Shown: one piece after another, positions 26,363 to 37,769 of the stretch
How positions within the stretch are numbered: position 1 is the first letter of the stretch
Layout of the letters: each line of letters starts with the position of its first letter
Assembly (NCBI GenBank): GCA_951406725.2
Contig: OX597833.1
Location: 32,612,001 to 32,676,000, forward strand
Direction of reading: 5' to 3'
From: Octopus vulgaris
Taxonomy: Eukaryota
Length of the DNA stretch: 64,000 nucleotides
The notes under the pieces: generated by a model
What the model saw: the letters and a program-made list of their open reading frames with translations, nothing else
Told to the model about the DNA's origin: nothing
Database searches by the model: none
Made by a program: the position numbers and the translations under genes

Positions 26363-26795
26363 TATATTGGTAATAATAATGACTTGTTTACATCTGACAT
26401 CTCGTATACGAAGCGTAGTAACAAAAATCAGTACTGGCTAAATTTCTTTAGAATATCTGTAGAGACAACCTTAACAAATAATATTATATTGCTAGAACGT
26501 GTATCTGTGGAAGAGTACCGTCATGTATTCTGTGTTATTTTAAGACTCCCGAACGACAATTCACTTTCCTACTGTGAAACGTGTACTCTGTAAACGAAGA
26601 CACAAATCTTTCTACAGACTATGGTCAGTTGGACTCATCTGATTTACGAACTAGTAGCAACTAAATTCAGTGTTACGTGAATAAATTTAAACACTATCCA
26701 TAATTTTCACTACATTCATTGTAGTCATATTTACTTTTATTTTACATTTCTTCATTTTTTTAATATAAAGTGGTCAAGAGAAAGAAAGGCAAAGG

Positions 26796-27170
26796 AAAGC
26801 AACTTTTTTACTGCTTGCTTTTAGTCATAGTAAGAGCAGTAATATTATCTTCTCTGTATTTTATTACTTTCGAGAAGGGAGAGTAAAAAAGAGGACCAAA
26901 AAAAAAAATGAGTGTCCAAGAAAGAGAAAGACAGAGAAAGCAGATGTTTTACTGCTCGCCTTTCAGCCGTGTTAAGTTGTCAACAGAAAGCAATTTTTTT
27001 TACTGCTTGCTTTCAGTCATAGTAAGAGCAGCGATGCTATTTTCTTTGTATTCTATCATTTTCGAGAAGGGGACGTAAAAAGAGGGACAAAACAAAAAAT
27101 GAATGAGTGACTAAGAAAGTGAAAGACAGAGAAAGCAGATATTTTACTGCTTGTCTTTCATCCGTGTAAG
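26796..27170. repeat. Diverged tandem duplication, unit about 190 bp
   Basis: 26796-26976 and 26986-27170 both read GAAAGCAA..TTTTACTGCTTGCTTT.AGTCATAGTAAGAGCAG...GAAAGACAGAGAAAGCAGAT. Confidence 0.88.
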
Positions 27171-27364
27171 GCCAGCAGACACTCCTCTTGAAGTGCTGAT
27201 GTTTATACTGTTCTGTGCAACAGAGATCAAAAACTTGCCTATTCAGAGGCTTTCCTCATCGTCGGACAGATTTAGACGAGAAATGCACATTTAGTCAGTC
27301 TACAAGTTTGCTTTGTTGCTTTCTGATATATTTCGTACGATTATTCGGTACTGAAGAGTATAAA

Positions 27365-27722
27365 TTTTATCTTCTACTTGTTTCAATCAGTAGATTGTGG
27401 CCATGCTGGGGCACCACCTTAAATAATTTTTAGTCTAAGGAATCTACCCCAGTACTTTTTTAAAGCTTGGTGCTTATTCTATTGGGCTCTCGTGCCGAAC
27501 TGCTAAGTTACGGGAACGTAAACACACCAACGCCGGTTGTCAAACGTTGGTGACGGACAAACACAAACACACACACATATACGACGGGTTTTTTCAGTTT
27601 CCCTTCATCAAGTCCACATACAGGATTTTAGTCGACTCAAGGCTATAGTAGAAAACACCAGTACAAGACTGAACCTGGAGCCATGTGGTTGGGAAGCAAA
27701 CTCCTTACCACACACCTGCGCT
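27365..27722 (-). mobile_element. SINE family A
   Basis: Reverse complement of family A body and tail. Confidence 0.82.
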
Positions 27723-27999
27723 TGCTTTCTAAAAAGATTTAACCAATGGAGAGAATATTTTTGATCCATTCTTAATACCTGAATTCAGTCATGTAACCCC
27801 AGATTTTCCTTCACTATTTCACACGCGAAAAGAAGAAACCAGCAATTTGTGTGTGTGTGTGTGTGCGCGCGCATGCGATTAAAATGTAAGGTTCTCATAC
27901 ATTCGTTCATGCTAATGCTTTTAAAACATAATTTTAAATATTTAAAGTTATTTAAGAAAGGTTATGTAAAAAAGTAAGCTAGCATCCAAATTATCTATT

Positions 28000-28810
28000 A
28001 GCATAAAGCTTAGATCCATTTAAAAAGATTATAACTCAGTAGAATTTCTCATGCCTTCCATCATCCACAGGATGGCAAAAGGGTCAAATAGTTCAGTTTG
28101 CTCTCTAATTTCCCCAACTTTGACAAAGTTAAGAATATTATCATTCTCGGAAAAGAGAAATCAAAGTTTAAGCTAAAAATTAAAACCAAAGTGAGCAGCA
28201 AGGAATGTCATATTATTTTGATTGAAAGTATTATGAATAGTCTGAGTGAATGATGAGATGACCCATTCTGAACAAATTTTTCTGTTTTCCATGTCTGTTA
28301 GTTTGTCAGTATAGGAACACATTTTCTCAGCTTTGAAGTGATATTGAAAACGAATATCACTTTCAAAACGAAATTATTTTAATGTATAGCTGTTACAAGT
28401 GAAGGTGTAATTAAACCAATGATCGAAAAAGAAAAAAAAAACCAGCAATTGTTGCTGCTATGCTTGATGAAACTAGAGACCTTCGAATGAAATTTTAACT
28501 GTCACACATTTTGCGATTTGTTGATGAAGAGGAAAGGCTTCAAGAAAGGTTTAGGGGATAAGTCGATGTCAGTAAGGACAGAAAAGTTGCATCACTGACA
28601 GAAGTTGTGCATTGTTATACACATTCACTTGATTTGGTACTCTCTCAATCAGCTTCAAGAGTTTGTGAACGTCGAATTTTCTTCCAAACTTTAAAATGAA
28701 ATTCGAATTTTTCTAAGTCGACGGCTTGAATAGCTCCTACTGGATGAAATCACTGGAAGGTGATTTCCCAAGTCACATGTACGTTTCTCGTGTCTTACTT
28801 CAAAACGGTG
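28000..28810 (+). mobile_element. hAT-type transposase remnant (ZMYM1/Tip100-like)
   Basis: Fragments VAAMLDETRD (about 28450), LRFVDEEERLQERF and VHCYTHSLDLVLSQ (CxxH motif) with stops and deletions. Confidence 0.7.
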
Positions 28811-29019
28811 CATTGTAGGGGGAAACTATTTTTATTTTCAGACTCCTCATATCTCAAAGTATATATAATACTACACTTTACAGGGAAAACGGGGGCGGGT
28901 GGAACACCCGGTCCCCCACAGTCCTCAGTGGGTTGATTGCATGCTCTAGTTTCCTAGTCACTCTTCACCACTGATATATATGTGTGTGTGTGTGTGTGTG
29001 TGAGAGCGAGAGAGAGAGA

Positions 29020-29090
<71 letters not shown>

Positions 29091-30000
29091 TGCCTGTGTG
29101 TATCTGTATGTATAAATGACTATATGTATGTATGTACCGTATGTATGTATATGAATTTTACCAGAAAAGGAGTTGACAGTAACTTCGATGTTTCAGTTTT
29201 CTCGTTTTCACCAGAGTGTGTTTCTGGGATTTACTTTTATTTTTTGTATGGGGGAGCTTTACATAGTGTCTGGCAAGTTCTTTCTTTGGGCAGTGGAGCA
29301 ATGGAACGATAATTATGTGTGGCGTAGGTAGACTGGGGAAGTAGTTGTGTTGGGAGAGGGATAGAGAAGGACAGAAAGAAAGTATGTGTGTGCAGGGTAT
29401 GGGTTGACAGAAAGTTATTGTGGGGACATTTATTTCTGTTTGACAATGGAATTTTATTATTTAGCATTCAGTCAGGACAAACAGTAAGATGTGAATAGAA
29501 GTGTTAAGTTTAGTTCACAGCATTCTTTGTATAGACACGTTTGTAGATTAATCGATTGGTCACACAACCAATGTCAGACTGAAGCTGAATTAGTGTTGTT
29601 GTTTAGACAGGTTGTTTTGGTAATTTACTATTGAAAACTAAGTTACTATGAATAATTTTTGTGCTTTCTCGTCTGATTCTAGCATGGCTATTTATATTTA
29701 CAACAGTGTACGCAAATGCATTGATGTCACGATATGATATTACCTAAATATTCAATTGAATGCATAACAATGATGCAAATTTCCATAAATATATCCATCT
29801 ATAAGGAGAGATATATGTACAAGGAGTATACATATCTTCTTCAAAACCAGACCCTATATAAACGAGTTCAAGAAATATTCAGTGTGTTCTCGTGAAAAAG
29901 TGTATCTCACATATAGGTTAAAGTAGAAAGGAAAGCCAATTTAGCAAGGCCTGCCGGAATATTTAATTTAATTTAACAATATTATAAAAGGTAGAGATAG

Positions 30001-30090
30001 TCTCTGACAGCTGTTTCTATGATATGCAAGCTATTGGAACATTGTGTTGAGCGAAGATTCCATGTTCGGAGTATCCCGTCATCGAAGAGA
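30001..30090 (-). ncRNA. Degenerate hammerhead motif (PLE terminus)
   Basis: TCTCT-TCGATGA-CGGGATAC...ATATCATA-GAAA-CAGCTG-TC-AGAGA. 5-bp stem I, palindromic stem III ACAGCTGT, GUC; the first two core bases are altered. Confidence 0.55.
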
Positions 30091-30234
30091 GAAAGGTTAA
30101 ATATATGTAGCAGTCTGCAGTTCGAACTAGAATTTTAGTGGCCCATCTGTTTGAGGACTAAGAAAGACTAGTTTGACCGAAAACTCTCGTATCTTATATA
30201 TACGTGTGTGTGTGTGTATATATATATGCCTTTT

Positions 30235-30501
30235 ACCTTATATCTTTTACTGGTTTAGACAGCGCCATGCTTGGGCACCGCCTGAATAGAATGAATCGAT
30301 TCATGTACTTATTATTTCTAAAACCTATTTTGAACTGTTCTTTTCTTTTGTCGAACCCAGTTACAGGGAGATGAACACATCAACAGATGTTGTAAAGTGG
30401 CGGTGGGGGACAAGCACACGCACAAAGCCACACACATACATACACACGCCCATACATGCATACATACATACATACATAAACGCGCGGGCGCTCACACACT
30501 C

Positions 30502-30559
<58 letters not shown>

Positions 30560-30597
30560 TATGTATTACATGACGAGGCTCTTTCAGCTTCCGTCTA
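30235..30597 (-). mobile_element. Degenerate SINE family A
   Basis: Tail and body motifs of family A on the minus strand with expanded (CA)n. Confidence 0.7.
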
Positions 30598-30599
30598 GG

Positions 30600-30990
30600 G
30601 TTTTTACGTCTTATTTCTAGCAATGCAGGTACTACCATGCATCGTCAGTCACAATCAGTGACAACTGAATTATTCCTTTTTGGTTTTATATTGCGTATGG
30701 CCGCCTCTGTTACTTTGTAATTTTCACATTACCATTTTGCTGAACCAGCCATTGATTCATATGGTAAATACTTTATACAGGACTCAGCCAAACCGTTCAG
30801 CGAAAGAATAGTCACCACTGAAAAGCTTTAATTTCAAAGGAAACTAGAATACTAATATCACAATCTCGCTCCCCGTGTGGTGGTTAACTCTCCTGTCAGT
30901 ACACAGACATATGCTTCTTGCCTTTAAGACGGTTTTAGCTCTTATTTCTAGCAATGTAGGTGCTACCCTGCACCTTCAGTCACCATTAGT
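30600..30990 (+). repeat. Partial tandem repeat, period about 332 bp, with a degenerate HHR
   Basis: TCTTATTTCTAGCAATG.AGGT.CTACC.TGCA..TCAGTCAC occurs near 30609 and 30940; CTGAAAA-GCTTT...AAAG-GAAA-CTAGAA-TA lies at 30818-30851. Confidence 0.6.
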
Positions 30991-30996
30991 ACGTAT

Positions 30997-31058
<62 letters not shown>

Positions 31059-31257
31059 ATATATATATATATAACTTCTTAAATGGATAATGTATATATA
31101 TAACAACAACAATTGCAGCGTGGAAGGTGTTTATAAGCCATTTAAGAAGCATACAAAAACCGTTAGATTCACTTCAACATTTAAATTTAATTTGTCATAA
31201 TATTTTCTTCGCTTTCAGACCGCGACCCGTTCACCGACAGAACTTCGTGCTTATATA

Positions 31258-31635
31258 TATTCTTTTTTATTTGTTTTAGTCATTTGAATGGGGCCATGCT
31301 GGAGCACCGCCTTTATTCGGGCAGGTTGACCCCAGGACTTATTCTTTGTAAGCCAAGTATTTACTGTATCGAACCCTTTTGCCGGACCGCTAAATTACGG
31401 GGAAGTAAACACACCAGCATCGGTTGTCAAGCAATGTTGGAGGGAAAACAGACAGACAGACAGACAAACACACACACACACACATATACGACGGGCTTTT
31501 TTCAGTTTTCGTCCACAAAATCCACTCACGAGGCTTTCGTCGGCCCGAGGATATAGTAGAAAACATTTGTCCAAGGTGCCACGCAGTGGGACTGAACCCG
31601 GAGCCAGGTGGTTGGTAAGCAAGCTACTTACCGCA
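31258..31635 (-). mobile_element. SINE family A
   Basis: Near full-length reverse complement of family A. Confidence 0.9.
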
Positions 31636-31667
31636 CATATATATATATATAACTTTTTAAATGGACA

Positions 31668-31712
<45 letters not shown>

Positions 31713-31929
31713 TGTGTGTGTGTGTGTGTGTATAGTGGTTCATACAGGCATGGTATGGATTCGATCATCGATAGCCAAATTTCACTTAACAGTTCAACAG
31801 CACTTTTCTCACGGTAAAACAATAGTTTTTTCTGTGAGTTACATTTGCCAGATGCCTTCGCTAAGCAGAATAGTCTTTGCTACTTGACGCTCCAAACCTC
31901 TTCTAGGCCACTAAAAGCTAGAATAGAGA

Positions 31930-34065
31930 TAACAGCTGGCGTCCAAGCGGAGACTTCAGAGCCCTCAACAACGCTACAGTGCCTGACACCTAACCCATAC
32001 AACTTTTCCATGATTATTCTAGTTCGCTGAACGGAGCACGGGTTTTCTCTATAATCGTCCTGATGCAGACCTACAATCAATTACCCGTCTAACCTGTCGA
32101 TGCTCCAAATTCGGCAATTGCCACGCCCTTCGGACTAATCGAGTCTTTGCGGATGTCCTTCGGTCTCCGTAACGTAGCGTAAACATTTCAGCGTTTTATA
32201 GACACCGTCACAAGAGGTTTACCGTTCGTGTACGCTTACATCGACGATATGCAAGTAAATCTGAAGCCGAACGTGAAAAGCATTTACATCAACTAATCCA
32301 GGGGTTAGCTGAGTATGGTATCGTAATCAACACAAGTAAGTGTATTTTTGGTGTCTCGTTCTTCCATTCCTTGGCCATATTGTCGACAAGGACGGAATCC
32401 GGCCTCTACCCCAAAAAGGTGGAGGCGATAGTCAATTTTCTTATTCCTACGTTCCTTCAGAAACTGCGCGAATTTTTGGGATTGATTAACTTCTACCGGC
32501 GTTTCCTACCACACTGCGCCGAAGCAGCTCAACTACTTACAGATGTTAGGCGGTGCAGAGCTGGCATCCTTCAATAAACTAAATGATATGCTAGCAAGGG
32601 CCATGATGCTGGTCTATCCCAAACCTGGTGCTCCTCTCACTTTACTGGTTGATGCGTCCATGTGCAAAGTCGGAGGTGTTTCTCAGCAGTTGGTGGATGG
32701 CGTTTGGCAACCATTGTCCTTTTTCTCCAAACGACTTCAGCCTCCGGAGACGAAATACAGTACTTTTGGCCGTGAGCTACTGGCTGCGTATCTGTCCGTT
32801 AAGCATTTCCACCATATGTTAGAAGGGTCCGTTTTCAGCATCTACACGGACCATAAACCGCTAGTATACGCCTTCAGAACAAGATCTAACTGCCATTCTC
32901 CCAGAGAAGTCCGTCACTTCGACTTCATCGCCCAATATTCCACAGATATTCGGCATATCAAAAGCTCAGACAACACAGCAGCAGACGCGCTTTCACGCGT
33001 CCAGCTTAACGCTCTGCACGCTCCAGAGACTATCGATCTTCAGCTGATCGCGGCAGATCAGGAAACGACTAAGAGCTTAATAAGCTCCTGAATTTGTCGT
33101 CTCTCAAGTTCCAGATGTTCCCATTTCTTCTACCTGTCAGATATGGTGCGATACCTCCACTGGTCACGAACGCCCTTACGTTCCTGAACAACACCGACGA
33201 CGTATTTTCACTGCCCTTCACTGCCTATCACACCCCGGCATTCGTTCCACCCAGATGATATCAACTCGTTTTGTGTGGACGAACATTAACAAGGACATCC
33301 GCGCTTGGGTTAAGGGTTGCGTCGCTTGTCAAAAGGCGAAAATCCAACGACACGTAAAATCAACTCTCAGCACTTTCATAACACCGGACCCACGTTTTCA
33401 ACATATCAACATAGATATAGTCAGACCTCTACTACCTTCCTACAACTATACGCATCTGTTGACTTGCATCGACCGCTTTTCTCGATGGCCCGAAACTTTC
33501 CCTAAAGCGCTGATATCACACTGGGTATCGCGTTTTGGTGTCCCCACAACCATCATGGCAGACAGAGGACGGCAATTCGATTCGCACCTTTTCAGAGAGC
33601 TCAAGCTCTTGATCGGCTCCAAATACTGTCGCACAAGGCGTATCATCCAGCGGCAAACGGCATGGTAGAGAGATTCCACAGGCAGCTGAAATCAGCCATG
33701 TGTGCATGTCCAGACCTAATCAATTGGATAGAATTCCTCCCGCTTATTCTGCTCGGGATCCGTGTATCTATTAAGGACGACATCGGCCACTCACCGGCTG
33801 AGTTTAGTTTACAGCACCACGCTGGCCCTGCCTGGGCAGATGATCGCTCCTGTTATTCCACGAGATATTCCTGATCCCACAACTAATGTACATCGTCTCT
33901 GTGCACATATGTCCCATCTCTCACCTAACGCACCCCGTTCACAGAAAACTGACACATATGTCCCCTCGGACATTAACCAATGGACGCACGTTTTTATCTG
34001 GAACCATAGAATACCATCACAAATCCGTCCGCCGTATTCTGGACTCAACAGATTACTACAGAGAA
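31930..34065 (+). mobile_element. Gypsy/Ty3 LTR retrotransposon pol remnant (RT, RNase H, integrase)
   Basis: WRPSGDFRALNN, AYIDD, LREFLGLINFYRRF, LLVDAS...YSTFGRELLA...YTDHKPL...NTAADALSR, CVACQKAK, IDRFSRW, ADRGRQF, MVERFHRQLK. Domain order is Gypsy-type; many frameshifts. Confidence 0.93.
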
Positions 34066-34559
34066 GGGTTAGGGTAAGAGCTGGCCGGCTAAATACGTAC
34101 AAGTTCTCTATTTAAAAAAAAAATCCCGTTGAGTGATTTACAAGCATCAATGCCTTAATTTCTACACGAACACCTACAAGACTTATTTATTTATTTAATT
34201 TTTTCTTTCCATGAACTTCAAAAGAACCATACATTTAACACTTACATTGCCCTAATTCAATTTCCTGTTTGTTATATTAAATTAAAATTGATTCTGCTTG
34301 CATCCAATCAGACTAAAATGAACTGAACATTTATTCATAACCTGAACTTTTGTTTGTATACCTTCCCAATTTTATCCATATTTTGCACTTACACATTCTT
34401 TCAGTCACATTGTCGCACATTGCATTTTGCATTGAATATTTTTTCGTTCATTTTGGAAATGTTTATATTGTTACACACATGTGCTAACACTGTCACATTC
34501 ACGCACTTTTCTCGCTTGTTTTTCATGCTCCCTGCGCCCTTGTACACACAGCTCATCTC

Positions 34560-34974
34560 TGTAAGACCTTAGGTCGGTCACGTATACATAGAGTAAGTTG
34601 TTTGTCCCTTACAATGCGCCAGCATGCCACACTTTTGCTCCTGCACATTTCAAGGCATTTAATACCTCATGCATTGGCTGGCATATTCAGCACTACTTCA
34701 ATCATTGGCATATTCAGCACTGTTTTGTATTTGTATTCACTGCACCAGCATACTACCTCAACCACACACCCACACGCAACTCTATTATGCCTCTATTGCC
34801 TTGTTTTTCAACACGTCTGTGCCAGTTCAGCTCTTTCCCGACTCTATGCACGTCGGATGTTCACAAGTTCCCTGCGCTCATGTTTAGACATGATTTATCT
34901 CTGTTAGATCCCTGTTTGGTCACGTAATAAATAGAGAAAATTACCTGTCTCGCGCATCACTCCAGCATGCTACA
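34560..34974 (+). mobile_element. Candidate LTR (TG...CA)
   Basis: Starts TGTAAGACC, has AATAAA near 34926 and ends GCTACA; no second copy in the window. Confidence 0.4.
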
Positions 34975-35339
34975 CTGTCGTCCTTGCTAACCTCAACAAT
35001 TACCCACAACAACAATGCCAGGCACATTTCACATCTGAAGAGCCTTCAAGGCATTTCACACACTACAACCATGCTGGAAGATATACGATATCATGGACTG
35101 ACAATTCACTCACTCGCTCTTCTGAGCTCATTTTTCAGTGAATTTTGATACGTGCACCTGCATTCGTGTATACCCCTCATCGCACGCACGTACCCGCTAA
35201 CTCATTTTCCGTACTGCCCTCTCACTGACCTCACATTCTGGCACGCAAAGTGATACCACTATTCATACTCATTTGAATAAATATCTGCCCGTATACATTT
35301 CAATGATCCTCTCTGCTGATATGCAAGAAAAGATAATTA

Positions 35340-35466
35340 TAGCTTTTATATGATACACATGATACTCCGTCGAGTCATGGCATTATACAAAGTAACCGTA
35401 AATAAATATTTCTTTACAAATTCGATCACTGGTCTTCTTCCAGCTTGCACACTGGTGACCCTCGAC
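35340..35466 (+). mobile_element. LTR 3' edge with tRNA-Trp-like primer-binding site
   Basis: AATAAA (35401), CA end at 35451, then C-TGGTGACCCTCGAC, which is close to TGGTGACCCCGAC, the complement of the tRNA-Trp 3' end. Confidence 0.55.
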
Positions 35467-35533
35467 TGCAACGAAAACTAACCGTTCCATCCATCCATCC
35501 ATCCATCCATCCATCCATCCATCCGTACGTACA

Positions 35534-35968
35534 GCTTGTGAGTGTGTGTGTGTGCGTGTGTGCATGCACGCGCTTGTGAGTGTGTGTGTGTGTGTGTGCA
35601 TGTGTGTATGTGCGTGTGTGTATGCACGCGCTTGTGAGTGTGTGTGTGTGCGTGTGTGCGTGAATGCGTGTGTGCGTGTGTGCATGCACGCGCTTGTGAG
35701 TGTGTGTGTGTGTGCGTGTGTGAGTGTGTGTGTGCGTGTGTGTATGCACGCGCTTGTGAGTGTGTGTGTGTGCGTGTGTGCGTGAATGCGTGTGTGTATT
35801 TATATATGTATGTGTATATTTATATTCACAAATGCATGCATACATACATTCATTCATACATACATACATACATACATACATTCATACATACATACATACA
35901 TACATACATACATACATACATACATACATACATACATACGTACGTACGTACGTACGTACGTATGTATG

Positions 35969-36002
<34 letters not shown>

Positions 36003-36132
36003 TGTATGTATGTATGTATGAATGAATGTATGTATGCATGCATTTGTGAATATAAATATACACATACATATATAAATACACACACGCATTCACGCACACA
36101 CGCACACACACACACTCACAAGCGCGTGCATA
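35534..36132. repeat. Compound minisatellite ending in a palindrome of about 390 bp
   Basis: Repeats of GCACGCGCTTGTGAG(TG)n; 35743-35950 is mirrored by 35950-36132 around (TACG)n. Confidence 0.92.
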
Positions 36133-36171
36133 TATGATGAATGCATAGTTGTATTGTAACTGTACAATATT

Positions 36172-36830
36172 GAATATGTGGTAGATCGAACTGTGCAACA
36201 TGTCCTAACCTGCTAGAAGGATCAGAATTCTTCTTTAAAGAGGGACAGAAATTCAAGATCAAATCTAACTTTACTTGTGCCTCCTAAAACATAATTTATG
36301 TCATAAAATGCTCGGGCTGCCACCAAGACTACGTGGGTTCCACGGGACAATCACTCAGACGTAGATGCACACTGCATCGACAACAGATTGCATTCCCAGA
36401 ATATAGAATGATACCTTTTAGTGAGCACATTGAGAAATGCGCAAAGCAACTACTACCACAATTTTTAATCTTTCCATTTTACCAATGTGCTTTCAGATCA
36501 TCAACACAAATTAGACTAAACAAAGAAACATTCTTCATTGAAAAGTACAAGCCCAGAATCAACCATCCGAACATACTGATACAGAGAAATTCACACCAAG
36601 AGAGAGGAAAAAATTTTTAAACGATTATCTCCCTTACACCAGAAGAAATCACTCACTACCTTCCCTTATTTAGAACTCTCCTGAACATGAACATAACGAA
36701 AACTCTATTCAACATAAACATAACGTCGCAAGAAATTTGAAAAGCTACACGCGAAACCGGTCTTTCTTTTAAATTATGTCATTATAAGAAAAAAAAACAT
36801 TTGTTTTTAATTTTCTAATATTCTTCAGAC
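36172..36830 (+). mobile_element. Penelope-like element 3' end with Neptune-type GIY-YIG endonuclease
   Basis: CGRSNCATC...NFTCAS*NIIYVIKCSGCHQDYVGSTGQSLRRR...RLNKETFFI...P.IN, followed by a degenerate HHR. Confidence 0.85.
36730..36768 (+). ncRNA. Degenerate minimal hammerhead motif
   Basis: AAGAAA-T-TTGAAAA-GC TACAC GC-GAAA-CCGG-TC-TTTCTT. 6-bp stem I, palindromic ACCGGT, GUC; core has C3U and G8A changes. Confidence 0.55.
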
Positions 36831-36908
36831 ATATTGACGCAAATATATATATATTTTTTAACATTTAAGCCTTCTGTAGTTTTTTCACTCTTTACTATTT
36901 TCTATATA

Positions 36909-36968
<60 letters not shown>

Positions 36969-36979
36969 TACATATTTTC

Positions 36980-37302
36980 TTCTATTCTTTTATTCTTTTA
37001 TTTGTTTCAGTCATTTTACCGTGCCCATGCTTGAGCACCGCGTTTAGTCGAGCAAGTCGACTCCAAGACTTATTCTTTGTAAGCCGAGTACTTATTCTAT
37101 CGGGCTCTTTTGCCGAACTGCTAAGATACGGGGACGTAAACGCAATAACATCGGTTGTCAAACAGAGATACACACACACACACGCACACATATACGACGG
37201 GCTTCTTACAGTCTCCATCTACCAAATCCACTCACAAGGCTTTGGTCGGCCCGAGGCTATAGTAGAAGACACCCAAGGTGTCACACAGCCACTCCTGTGC
37301 CT
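36980..37302 (-). mobile_element. SINE family A with internal deletion
   Basis: Reverse complement of family A tail, body and head. Confidence 0.85.
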
Positions 37303-37313
37303 ATATATATATT

Positions 37314-37505
37314 TTTTATTTAAAAGCAGAGTTTCACGCTCCCGTTCGTCGAACAGTTAACAAAACCGTCCGACGAACGGGAACATGAAACTCTGAGTAA
37401 CACCTTTTGTTATATTTCTGCTGCTTTTAAATAAAGCATATAATCCAACCGCTGGTATTTGAGTACTCTTTTTGCCACCTTGTTTCACATTTATGTGCTT
37501 ACTCC

Positions 37506-37510
<5 letters not shown>
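37314..37510. repeat. Inverted repeat of a PLE-like terminus carrying HHR-like motifs
   Basis: 37327-37356 pairs with 37366-37395, and 37314-37329 with 37421-37436. Plus arm reads CCGACGA...GAAA-CTCTGAG-TA. Confidence 0.7.
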
Positions 37511-37556
<46 letters not shown>

Positions 37557-37769
37557 GGGACAAGAACGCAAAGCACCCAGACATACGATACAGAGTAAAC
37601 AAAGACGGGACATTCGGAGTTTTCTTTCCTCAGTCGAGTTTTAGATTATCTTTGCAATTTCGCCTGGTTATACCCGAGATTGCTCCAATCTGGCCAGCCC
37701 CAAGGAGAAACTAAGCTAAGAGCACTAGATTCCTTGGAAGAAAGCAGCGAATGTATGCGAAAACAAAAA

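Noticed and set aside
27230-27270. Minus-strand CCGACGA-T-GAGG AAAG CCTC-T-GAAT motif
   Set aside because: GAAA and stem III are not intact, so it is too degenerate to call.
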